Assembly: GCA_964444635.1 (NCBI GenBank)
Contig: CAYUIA010000002.1
Span: forward strand, 1-36,176
Direction of reading: 5' to 3'
Length of the DNA stretch: 36,176 bases
Source: an uncultured Gammaproteobacteria bacterium
GTDB taxonomy: Bacteria; Patescibacteriota; Patescibacteriia; Magasanikbacterales; GWA2-37-8
In this document: piece after piece, positions 14,855 to 21,697 of the stretch
Layout: each line of letters starts with the position of its first letter
How positions within the stretch are numbered: the stretch's first letter is position 1
Translations under genes and position numbers: made by a program
The notes under the pieces: model-generated
Seen by the model: the letters and a program-made list of their open reading frames with translations, nothing else
Told to the model about the DNA's origin: nothing
Databases searched by the model: none

Positions 14855-14883
14855 ATACTATCAATAATGAATTGTGGTGTCAA
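14855..14883 (-). promoter_or_regulatory. Sigma70-type promoter of the RNA candidate
   Basis: Minus strand TTGACA-N17-TAGTAT. Confidence 0.6.
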
Positions 14884-14900
14884 TAAATTATTTTTGAAAA

Positions 14901-14930
14901 TAAAAAAACCACCCATATAGCGGGGTGGTG
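14901..14930 (-). terminator. Terminator of the 62-aa gene
   Basis: Minus strand ACCACCCC-gctatat-GGGTGGT followed by TTTTTT. Confidence 0.7.
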
Positions 14931-14952
14931 CGCCGAAACTTGAGGTTTTGTT

Positions 14953-15141
14953 TTACCCGTAACGAATATATCTAACCAACAATACTACAACAGAGCCAAA
15001 CAGCGAGAATAAGGCATCGTGGATAAAATATGCCGTAGAAGAAACACCTGCACATCTTTCATACCCGGAAACAACATCTACTACCGGGATTACGCCGAGG
15101 AAAAGAACAATGACACCAAGCACCATAAAAAACTTTTTCAT
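14953..15141 (-). CDS. Small two-TM membrane protein (62 aa, starting MKKFFMVL)
   Basis: GGAGGA 4-5 nt before ATG 15141; two hydrophobic helices. Confidence 0.6.
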   Translation of the reverse strand: MKKFFMVLGVIVLFLGVIPVVDVVSGYERCAGVSSTAYFIHDALFSLFGSVVVLLVRYIRYG

Positions 15142-15184
15142 GATTTCCTCCATCTATTTTTAATAAAAGGTACGATAACAGAAT

Positions 15185-15213
15185 ATTATAGCACATTTTA
15201 GCCTTTTTGTCAA
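15185..15213 (-). promoter_or_regulatory. Consensus sigma70 promoter
   Basis: Minus strand TTGACA-N17-TATAAT. Confidence 0.65.
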
Positions 15214-15289
15214 TGGTATTATTTGGCTAATATAAGCCAAAATTCTTTTTTTAAATATTCCAAAATCTTAATAGCCCAATATTAGCTCA

Positions 15290-15318
15290 TTGACAAATTG
15301 GCTAACTTTTGCTATTAT
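15290..15318 (+). promoter_or_regulatory. Sigma70-type promoter of rplA
   Basis: TTGACA-N17-TATTAT, giving a leader of about 65 nt. Confidence 0.65.
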
Positions 15319-15389
15319 TTCCTCACTAATAACTCGGTGGGATCCTGGGGACAATCCTTTGGGAGCTAATACCACTAAACATTTTATAT

Positions 15390-16064
15390 ATGGGAAAAAG
15401 AATGAATGCAGTCTCTGCTAAAGTAGACAAAAATAAAGTCTATACTGCGGACGAAGCTATCAAATTGGTGAAAGAAACTTCCGCCGTCAAATTTGACGCC
15501 AGTGTGGAAGTTCATGTCTTGCTCGGAATTGATCCGAAAAAAGGCGAACAACAAATCCGCTCCACCGTCGTTTTGCCTCACGGCACCGGTAAAAGCAAGA
15601 AAGTAGCTGCTTTCGTTTCTGCTGAAAAGGAAAAAGAAGCCAAAGAGGCAGGCGCCGATTTCATCTACAATGAGGAAGATATCAAAAAAATCAAAGACAC
15701 CGGTAAAATAGAATTTGATGTGGCTGTCACCACTCCGGATATGATGCCAAAAATGGCCGTAGCCGCGAAAGTATTGGGTCCAAAAGGCCTAATGCCAAAT
15801 CCGAAAACCGAAACTGTCGGTCCGAATATCAAAAAAATGGTTGAGGAATTGAAAAAAGGTAAAATCACTTTCAAAAACGACGATGGCGCCAATGTCCATC
15901 AAATCATCGGCAAAGTCAGTTTCGACGAAGCCAAATTAAAAGAAAATTTTGAAACATTTTTGGATGCTCTCAAAAAAGTGAAACCAAATTCCGCTAAAGG
16001 AACTTATATCAAAAACTTGACTGTCAATGCGACCATGGGTCCGGCGATAAAGGTACAAGCTTAA
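15390..16064 (+). CDS. rplA: 50S ribosomal protein L1
   Basis: 224 aa. YTADEAIKLVKE..KFDASVEVHVLLGIDPKK..QIRSTVVLPHGTGK, typical of L1. Confidence 0.95.
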   Translation: MGKRMNAVSAKVDKNKVYTADEAIKLVKETSAVKFDASVEVHVLLGIDPKKGEQQIRSTVVLPHGTGKSKKVAAFVSAEKEKEAKEAGADFIYNEEDIKKIKDTGKIEFDVAVTTPDMMPKMAVAAKVLGPKGLMPNPKTETVGPNIKKMVEELKKGKITFKNDDGANVHQIIGKVSFDEAKLKENFETFLDALKKVKPNSAKGTYIKNLTVNATMGPAIKVQA

Positions 16065-16077
16065 TAAAATTTTTAAA

Positions 16078-16106
16078 AAGTCCGTTCGAAAGAGCGGACT
16101 TTTTTG
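16078..16106 (+). terminator. rplA terminator
   Basis: AAGTCCG-ttcgaaaga-GCGGACTT followed by TTTT. Confidence 0.7.
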
Positions 16107-16109
16107 TCT

Positions 16110-16228
16110 GTCATTCCCGCCTCCGAGCGGGAATCCAGTGGTCAATTTAATATTAAACTTTCCTGGATCCCTCGCATTTCCCAAAGGGAGGCCTTTGGCC
16201 CGCGGGATGACACTTCGTGTCATTTTTT
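16110..16228. repeat. GTCATTCCCGC...GCGGGATGAC palindromic element plus terminal hairpin
   Basis: GTCATTCCCGCCTCCGAGCGGGAATCCAG ... CTGGATCCCTCGC...GCGGGATGAC, then ATGACAC-ttc-GTGTCAT followed by TTTTT. Confidence 0.75.
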
Positions 16229-16255
16229 AGGCTATTTTATTGGCCTTTTTACTGC

Positions 16256-16284
16256 TTGCCAATACCCCCAAAATTTGATAAATT
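16256..16284 (+). promoter_or_regulatory. Possible promoter of the thymidylate cluster
   Basis: TTGCCA-N17-TAAATT. Confidence 0.4.
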
Positions 16285-16322
16285 TGATATGCTAAAAAAC
16301 TCTAATTTTTAAACTATTTTTT

Positions 16323-16790
16323 ATGCAAAAACCTCGCGAAAACGCCATTTCCTGGGACGAATGTTTTATGCGAATGGCCAATATTATTGCACAGCGCAGT
16401 AAAGATCCTAGCACTCAAGCAGGAGCTGTAATCACTACTTCACAAAACGTTGTTGTTGGTGTTGGTTACAACGGTTTTCCCAGAGGTATTGAAAGCGCTG
16501 ATTTACCTTGGAACAGAGACGGAGAATTGGCAGATACAAAATATGCTTATGTTTGTCATGCTGAAGAAAACGCCGTTTACAATGCCAATAATTCAACTCG
16601 CGATTGTAAAATTTATTGCACTCTCTTCCCTTGTAACGAATGTGCCAAAACTATTATCCAAAACGGTATTCGTGAAGTGATTTACGAAAGCGATAAATAT
16701 CACGATACTCCGAGCTGTGTTGCTTCTCGCAAAATGTTTGATTTGGCCGGAGTGAAGTATAGAGAATATAAAAGCCAACAAACGATTTAA
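16323..16790 (+). CDS. Deoxycytidylate (dCMP) deaminase
   Basis: CHAEENA and PCNECAK zinc motifs; 155 aa. Confidence 0.9.
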   Translation: MQKPRENAISWDECFMRMANIIAQRSKDPSTQAGAVITTSQNVVVGVGYNGFPRGIESADLPWNRDGELADTKYAYVCHAEENAVYNANNSTRDCKIYCTLFPCNECAKTIIQNGIREVIYESDKYHDTPSCVASRKMFDLAGVKYREYKSQQTI

Positions 16791-16797
16791 ATAATTT

Positions 16798-16873
16798 AAA
16801 GATTCAAAGATTTAAAGATTATACGAACCGTATAAAATCTTGTAATCTTGTAATCTTTCAATCTTACAATCTC
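16798..16873. repeat. Word-repeat palindrome (AAAGATT x3 / AATCTT x4-5 around ATACG-AAC-CGTAT)
   Basis: Read directly from the sequence, between the dCMP deaminase and kinase genes. Confidence 0.75.
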
Positions 16874-16879
16874 AACCTT

Positions 16880-17437
16880 ATGTCTAAAATAATTATTGGT
16901 TTTACAGGTTTACTTTCAAGTGGTAAAGGTACAGCAACAAAATATTTAGAAGAAAAATACAAAGCAAAAAATTGTCGCTTCTCTTCTATTTTGCGAGATA
17001 TTTTAAGCCGTATTTATACAGAACATAGTAGAGATAATTTGATTCGATTATCAGAAATACTACGAACAACTTTTGGAGAAAATATTTTAGCCAAAGCAAT
17101 TTCCGAAGATGCAAAAAATTCAGAATCCGATATTACCGTAGTAGACGGAGTTCGTCGTCTGGCTGATATTGAACATCTGACAAAACTACCAAATTTTATT
17201 TTGGTAGAAATTTTTGCCGAGCCAACTGTCCGTTATGAACGCTTGGTACAAAGAAGTGAAAATGTGGATGATAAAAACAAAACTTACGAACAATTTCTAG
17301 CCGACCACCAACGTTCTACTGAACTTAGCATTCTGGAAGTAACCCCTCACGCAACAGAAAAAATTGATAACAATGGAACTATGGAACAATTACAACAACA
17401 ATTAGATTCTTTAGTAGAAAAATATGCAAATAAATAA
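16880..17437 (+). CDS. P-loop nucleotide kinase family protein (dNMP kinase / dephospho-CoA kinase-like)
   Basis: GFTGLLSSGKGT Walker A; 185 aa; substrate not assignable from sequence. Confidence 0.7.
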   Translation: MSKIIIGFTGLLSSGKGTATKYLEEKYKAKNCRFSSILRDILSRIYTEHSRDNLIRLSEILRTTFGENILAKAISEDAKNSESDITVVDGVRRLADIEHLTKLPNFILVEIFAEPTVRYERLVQRSENVDDKNKTYEQFLADHQRSTELSILEVTPHATEKIDNNGTMEQLQQQLDSLVEKYANK

Positions 17438-17963
17438 TATCGAAGTAGAAATTCGCAGTTTTCTTTCTAAAGAGCAATATGAACATTTTTTGGATTATTT
17501 CAAAAAAAATGGAAAGTTTGTAAAAGAAGATTATCAAGAAACTTATTATTTTGACGGAGAACAAGATTTGCGTATCCAAAAAAACAATTTTTACGCCAAA
17601 ATCTGGTTAAAAAGCGGAAAAATTCACGACGAGCAACGTGAAGAAACGGAAATAAAATTTGATAAAGAAGATTTTTTCAAAGCAGAAAAATTATTTTTAA
17701 ATTTAGGCTATAAAACTCAAATTAAATGGTTTCGCACTCGTAATGTTTTTGAATGGCAAGATATTACCGTAACCATAGATTATTCCAAAGGCTATGGCTA
17801 TATCATTGAACTCGAAAAAATGTCTGACGAAGAAAATAAAAATAAAGATTTGGAATATTTAAAAAACAAAATGACCGAATTGGAAATTATCCAAACTCCA
17901 AAAGAAGAATTTGATGCAAAATATAATTATTATAAAGAACATTGGGAGGAACTAACAAAATAA
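17424..17963 (+). CDS. CYTH-domain protein (CyaB/ThTPase-like triphosphate tunnel metalloenzyme)
   Basis: N-terminal IEVEIRSF (ExExK-like) and a late YIIELEKM strand; 179 aa; 14-nt overlap with the upstream gene. Confidence 0.6.
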   Translation: MQINNIEVEIRSFLSKEQYEHFLDYFKKNGKFVKEDYQETYYFDGEQDLRIQKNNFYAKIWLKSGKIHDEQREETEIKFDKEDFFKAEKLFLNLGYKTQIKWFRTRNVFEWQDITVTIDYSKGYGYIIELEKMSDEENKNKDLEYLKNKMTELEIIQTPKEEFDAKYNYYKEHWEELTK

Positions 17964-17965
17964 TT

Positions 17966-18397
17966 ATGCAAATTAAAATAAAACGCCTAGATAAAACATT
18001 ACCGCTTCCCATATATCATACTAAGGGCTCAGCCGGGTTTGATTTATATGCCAGAGAAGAAACTATTATAGAACCAAAAACTATCGCTCTTGTACCTAGT
18101 AATTTAATCATTGTTATTCCAGAAGGTTTAATGTTGATGGTGGCTTCGCGTTCTAGCACTCCCAAGAAAAAAGGACTAACACCCCCTCACGGAATAGGAG
18201 TTATAGACAATGGCTATTGCGGACCTGACGATGAAATAAAAATTATGGTTTATAATTTTACTGATAACAAAGTTACGGTGGAAAAAGGAGAACGTATCGC
18301 TCAAGGAATTTTTATAAAATTTGAACAAGGAGAATGGGAGGAAGTAGAAATAATAGAAGCTCCAAATCGTGGTGGTTTCGGTTCTACAGGAAAATAA
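17966..18397 (+). CDS. dut: dUTP diphosphatase
   Basis: GSAGFDL, RSS, GVIDNGYCG, RGGFGSTG. ATG 17966 is preferred over the TTG at 17942. Confidence 0.9.
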   Translation: MQIKIKRLDKTLPLPIYHTKGSAGFDLYAREETIIEPKTIALVPSNLIIVIPEGLMLMVASRSSTPKKKGLTPPHGIGVIDNGYCGPDDEIKIMVYNFTDNKVTVEKGERIAQGIFIKFEQGEWEEVEIIEAPNRGGFGSTGK

Positions 18398-18447
18398 GGT
18401 AAAAGTTGAAAGTTTATAAAGTTATAAAGTTCATAAAGTTTAAAAAT
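18398..18447 (+). repeat. Direct word repeat (AAAGTT-containing 8-9 nt units x5), one arm only
   Basis: AAAAGTTGAAAGTTTATAAAGTTATAAAGTTCATAAAGTTT. Confidence 0.55.
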
Positions 18448-19320
18448 ATGAAATCCTACCTCGAAATAGTCCAAAAAATAATAGACGTTGGAGAACGAAA
18501 AGAAAATCGTACCGGTGTTGATACTATTGCTATCGCTGGCGCAATGTTTGAACATGATATGAGCAAGGGTTTTCCTCTTTTGACTACCAAAAAAACTCCT
18601 TTCAAAGTTATGGCCACTGAATTGGAATTTTTTATTAAAGGTATTACAGATAAAAATTGGTTAAAAGAAAGAAATTGTCATATTTGGGATGAATGGGCTC
18701 ATCCACTAAAAGTTCCTTATGGTCACGATGAAGAAACAAAGAAAAAAATGATGGAAGAAAGAGATCTTGGGCCTATCTATGGTTTTCAATGGAGGCATTT
18801 CAACGGTGATTATGAACATCACGAATTTGACCATGAAGGCCGAGGTATTGATCAATTAAAAAAATTAGTTGATACTTTGAAAAAAAATCCCAACGACCGC
18901 AGAATGATTGTGTCCGCTTGGAACCCAAGCAAACTACATGAAATGGCCCTACCTCCTTGTCATTACAGTTTCCAAGTAACGGTTATTAATGGAAAACTAA
19001 ATTTACTTTGGAACCAAAGATCAGTTGATACTATGCTCGGACTTCCTTTCAATATTGCTTCTTATGCCCTACTTTTACATTTACTCGCCAAAGAAGCCGG
19101 ATTACAGGAAGGTAAACTGGTTGGCTTTTTGGCCGACACCCATATTTATGTCAATCATCTTGATGGTGTCAAAGAACAATTGTCACGCGATCCTAATATC
19201 TATCCTCTACCACAAATCGTGACTGAAAATTTTACTTCTATTTTTGATTGGAAAGCCGAAGATACCAAATTGCAAAATTATCAAAGTTTTCCAAAAATTG
19301 AATTCCCTATCGCAGTATAA
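18448..19320 (+). CDS. thyA: Thymidylate synthase (ThyA type)
   Basis: RTGVDT, DLGPIYGFQWRHF, DRRMIVSAWNP, catalytic LPPCH. ATG 18448 (MKSYLEIV) is preferred over the track start in the repeat. Confidence 0.95.
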   Translation: MKSYLEIVQKIIDVGERKENRTGVDTIAIAGAMFEHDMSKGFPLLTTKKTPFKVMATELEFFIKGITDKNWLKERNCHIWDEWAHPLKVPYGHDEETKKKMMEERDLGPIYGFQWRHFNGDYEHHEFDHEGRGIDQLKKLVDTLKKNPNDRRMIVSAWNPSKLHEMALPPCHYSFQVTVINGKLNLLWNQRSVDTMLGLPFNIASYALLLHLLAKEAGLQEGKLVGFLADTHIYVNHLDGVKEQLSRDPNIYPLPQIVTENFTSIFDWKAEDTKLQNYQSFPKIEFPIAV

Positions 19321-19321
19321 T

Positions 19322-19831
19322 ATGAAAACAACTCTTCTCATGGCTATAACAGCTGACGGAAAAATCGCCAAAAGCGCCTCCCATTTCGCCAATTGGACTT
19401 CGGGCGCTGATAAAAAAATGTTTGTGGAAAAAACAAAATCCGCAGGTGTAATTATTATGGGTCTGACGACTTATCAAACTATCGGACGACCGCTTCCGGG
19501 ACGCTTAAATATCGTCTTGACTCCGGAACCGGAAAAAGAAACTTCTATCCCAGGATCTTTGGAATACACTTCGCAAAATCCAAAAGAAATCTTGGAAGAT
19601 TTGGAAAAAAGAAATTTTTTTGAAGCCATTATCGGCGGTGGTGCGACTATAAACGGATTATTTTTAAAAGAAAATTTGGTTGATGAAATTTGGCTAACTG
19701 TGGAACCGAAAATTTTTGGTGAAGGCCTCAATCTTTTTCGTGGAGTAGAGACTGATTTAAATTTAGAATTACTGGAAACTGTGCAATTGGATAAGAATGT
19801 GGTGCAGTTAAAATACAGGGTAATAAAATAA
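19322..19831 (+). CDS. RibD C-terminal-domain-type reductase, probable dihydrofolate reductase
   Basis: ITADGKIA, IIMGLTTYQTIG, NIVLT, IIGGGATINGLF, DEIWLTVEPKIFGEG. It starts 1 nt after the thyA stop. The DHFR role is inferred from context. Confidence 0.75.
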   Translation: MKTTLLMAITADGKIAKSASHFANWTSGADKKMFVEKTKSAGVIIMGLTTYQTIGRPLPGRLNIVLTPEPEKETSIPGSLEYTSQNPKEILEDLEKRNFFEAIIGGGATINGLFLKENLVDEIWLTVEPKIFGEGLNLFRGVETDLNLELLETVQLDKNVVQLKYRVIK

Positions 19832-19941
19832 ATCCCAATATCCAATTCCCAATACCCAATGAATGACCAATGTCTAAATGACCAAATGGTTTTAGGGCTT
19901 AGGGTTTGATTGATCATTGGTCATTGGGGTTTGGTCATTTT
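19832..19941. repeat. Word-repeat palindrome (CCCAAT/GACCAAT words / ATTGGTCA, ATTGGGG words)
   Basis: AATGACCAATG pairs with CATTGGTCATT, and AAATGACCAAA pairs with TTTGGTCATTT. Confidence 0.75.
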
Positions 19942-19971
19942 AAAAAATTTTTAAATTTTTAATTTTTATTT

Positions 19972-20685
19972 ATGTTCATCATGTTAGACGCTATCGACGG
20001 AGGCGGTAAAGGAACCGTCATTGAGGCCTGGAAAGATTATATTACATCTTTGGGTAATCCTATTTTTGATCTGAAAGATTATTGGGAACAAAACAAACAA
20101 TACCCGGAAATAAACGAACTGCGATCTTATGATTTTGTTTTTACTGCCGAACCGACTTACGCCGGTATCGGTCAAGTAATCCGTGAGGAACTTATCAAGA
20201 CCGGCACAGACTATCCTCCGGAAGCTGTGGCTCAGGCTTATTCTTTGGATCGTTTGGTACTTTATAAAAAAATTATTTTACCACTTTTGGCTCAAGACAA
20301 ATTTATCATTCAAGACAGAGGTTTTTCCACCTCTTTGGCTTATCAAAACGCCCAAACTCCGGAATTAACCTTTGAAAAACTACTAGCCATGCCAGGAAAC
20401 ACTCTGGCGCTCAAACACCGCCCTGATTACCTCATCCTTTTGACCACCGAGCCGGAAGAAGCCATGCGCCGACTGGATGCTCGTGGCGATAAAAAAGACA
20501 ACGTTATCTTTGAAAACCTGGATTTTCAAAAGAAAACCGCCGCTACTTTCATGTCTCCCGGTTATCAAGAAATTTTTACTCAAGCCGGAACCAAAATATT
20601 TTACTTGTCTACAATGGGTGAAATTGATATAATAAGACAAAAGGCTAAAGAACTTTTAGCCAATATTATTAATCAAACAGTTTAA
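19972..20685 (+). CDS. tmk: Thymidylate (dTMP) kinase-like
   Basis: FIMLDAIDGGGKGT P-loop, DRGFSTSLAYQ, lid-like RLDARGDKKD. Confidence 0.75.
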   Translation: MFIMLDAIDGGGKGTVIEAWKDYITSLGNPIFDLKDYWEQNKQYPEINELRSYDFVFTAEPTYAGIGQVIREELIKTGTDYPPEAVAQAYSLDRLVLYKKIILPLLAQDKFIIQDRGFSTSLAYQNAQTPELTFEKLLAMPGNTLALKHRPDYLILLTTEPEEAMRRLDARGDKKDNVIFENLDFQKKTAATFMSPGYQEIFTQAGTKIFYLSTMGEIDIIRQKAKELLANIINQTV

Positions 20686-20687
20686 GC

Positions 20688-20776
20688 GGATAACGAAATA
20701 CAAACAAATACGAAATTACGAACCCAACATAATTGTTTTCGTTTCGTAATTACGTATATTTTCGTATTTCGTATCC
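20688..20776. repeat. Word-repeat palindrome (ACGAAAT words / TTCGT words)
   Basis: GGATAACGAAATACAAACAAATACGAAATTACGAA ... TTCGTTTCGTAATTACGTATATTTTCGTATTTCGTATCC. Confidence 0.75.
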
Positions 20777-20798
20777 AATTAATTTTTAACTAATATAT

Positions 20799-21566
20799 AT
20801 GCTTATCACCGCTTCAGAAATCATCAAAAAAAGCTGGGAAACATATTCCAAAAATTGGAAGGTTTTTTTGCCTTACATGATCTCACTTTTCACGACTTCA
20901 TTGACTTTAGGTTTAGTGGGTATTTTGGGTTTAACTATTGAAAAATTTTTACATCGTGGAAGTCTGGTTTTTATAAATAATCTCTTCATTGCCGCTTTAA
21001 CAGTAGCTTTATTATTATTAACTCTTTGGCTTACAATAGCTCTAACAAAAGCTTTAAAAAGTTTTGTGGAAAAAAAAGATATCGAAACATTGAAAGAAAA
21101 TCTTCATCAAACCGGCAAATACCTTTGGCCTGTTATATGGACTTCATTTTTAATGTTTCTGGCGATAATCGGCGGGTTTGTATTATTTATAATCCCAGCC
21201 ATTATTTTTGCCATTTGGTTTTCCTTTTATTTTTATATCGTACTTTTTGAAGACAAAACCGGCGTTGCCGCTTTAAAGAGTAGTCGTGATTTGGTAGTTG
21301 GTCGCTGGTGGAGAATACTCTGGCTCTTGATAGCGCCCGGGATTTTTTACGGGGTTATCGTTTTAGTTTTGCAAGGAACATTTACTTATCCTTTATCCTT
21401 TATTTTTGAAGAAGGAAACCTCGTCGCTTTATTTATTCGCTCGTTTTTTAATACCGCTTTTTCCGCTTTATTTGCACCTCTTTCAGCTTTGATAACTCTT
21501 TATCTTTATCTTAGCGCTAAGGAAAATCCGGTAGAAAAAATACCCGAAACTCCGGAAAAAATATAA
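20799..21566 (+). CDS. Multi-pass membrane protein (255 aa)
   Basis: About six hydrophobic helices; no enzymatic motif. Confidence 0.75.
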   Translation: MLITASEIIKKSWETYSKNWKVFLPYMISLFTTSLTLGLVGILGLTIEKFLHRGSLVFINNLFIAALTVALLLLTLWLTIALTKALKSFVEKKDIETLKENLHQTGKYLWPVIWTSFLMFLAIIGGFVLFIIPAIIFAIWFSFYFYIVLFEDKTGVAALKSSRDLVVGRWWRILWLLIAPGIFYGVIVLVLQGTFTYPLSFIFEEGNLVALFIRSFFNTAFSALFAPLSALITLYLYLSAKENPVEKIPETPEKI

Positions 21567-21579
21567 ATACTTATCAAAA

Positions 21580-21609
21580 AAAATACTCTGTCCCACAGAG
21601 TATTTTTTA
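21580..21609 (+). terminator. Rho-independent terminator
   Basis: AATACTCTGT-ccc-ACAGAGTATT followed by TTTT. Confidence 0.8.
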
Positions 21610-21610
21610 A

Positions 21611-21639
21611 TTGACTTAACTGTTTAAAAAAGGTAAAAT
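21611..21639 (+). promoter_or_regulatory. Sigma70-type promoter of gatB
   Basis: TTGACT-N17-TAAAAT. Confidence 0.6.
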
Positions 21640-21683
21640 CGTATATAGTATGTAATATATAGTATCAAAAATACGATATACGA
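21640..21683 (+). repeat. Word-type hairpin in the gatB 5'UTR
   Basis: (T)CGTATATAGTAT ... ATACGATATACGA. Confidence 0.5.
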
Positions 21684-21697
21684 AAATATTAAATTTT

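Noticed and set aside
15222-15255. Hairpin TTGGCT-aatata-AGCCAA followed by T-run as an independent sRNA terminator
   Set aside because: No convincing upstream plus-strand promoter or transcript unit. It probably insulates the divergent promoters at 15185-15213 and 15290-15318.
15936-16295. ORFs 15936..16223(-) and 16104..16295(+)
   Set aside because: They cover the rplA 3' end, its terminator and the GTCATTCCCGC palindromic element. The repeat keeps both strands open.
7676-19321. Longer track start codons for 7676, 11613, 17942, 18406 and 19244
   Set aside because: The upstream starts fall in a -10 hexamer (7676), inside repeat elements (11613, 18406), or inside the preceding gene on a non-ATG codon or without an SD (17942, 19244). 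Downstream ATGs match conserved N-termini and gene junctions.
19474-19917. 147-aa minus-strand ORF
   Set aside because: It is antisense to the RibD_C-type reductase gene and extends into the word-repeat palindrome. No motif, no RBS.
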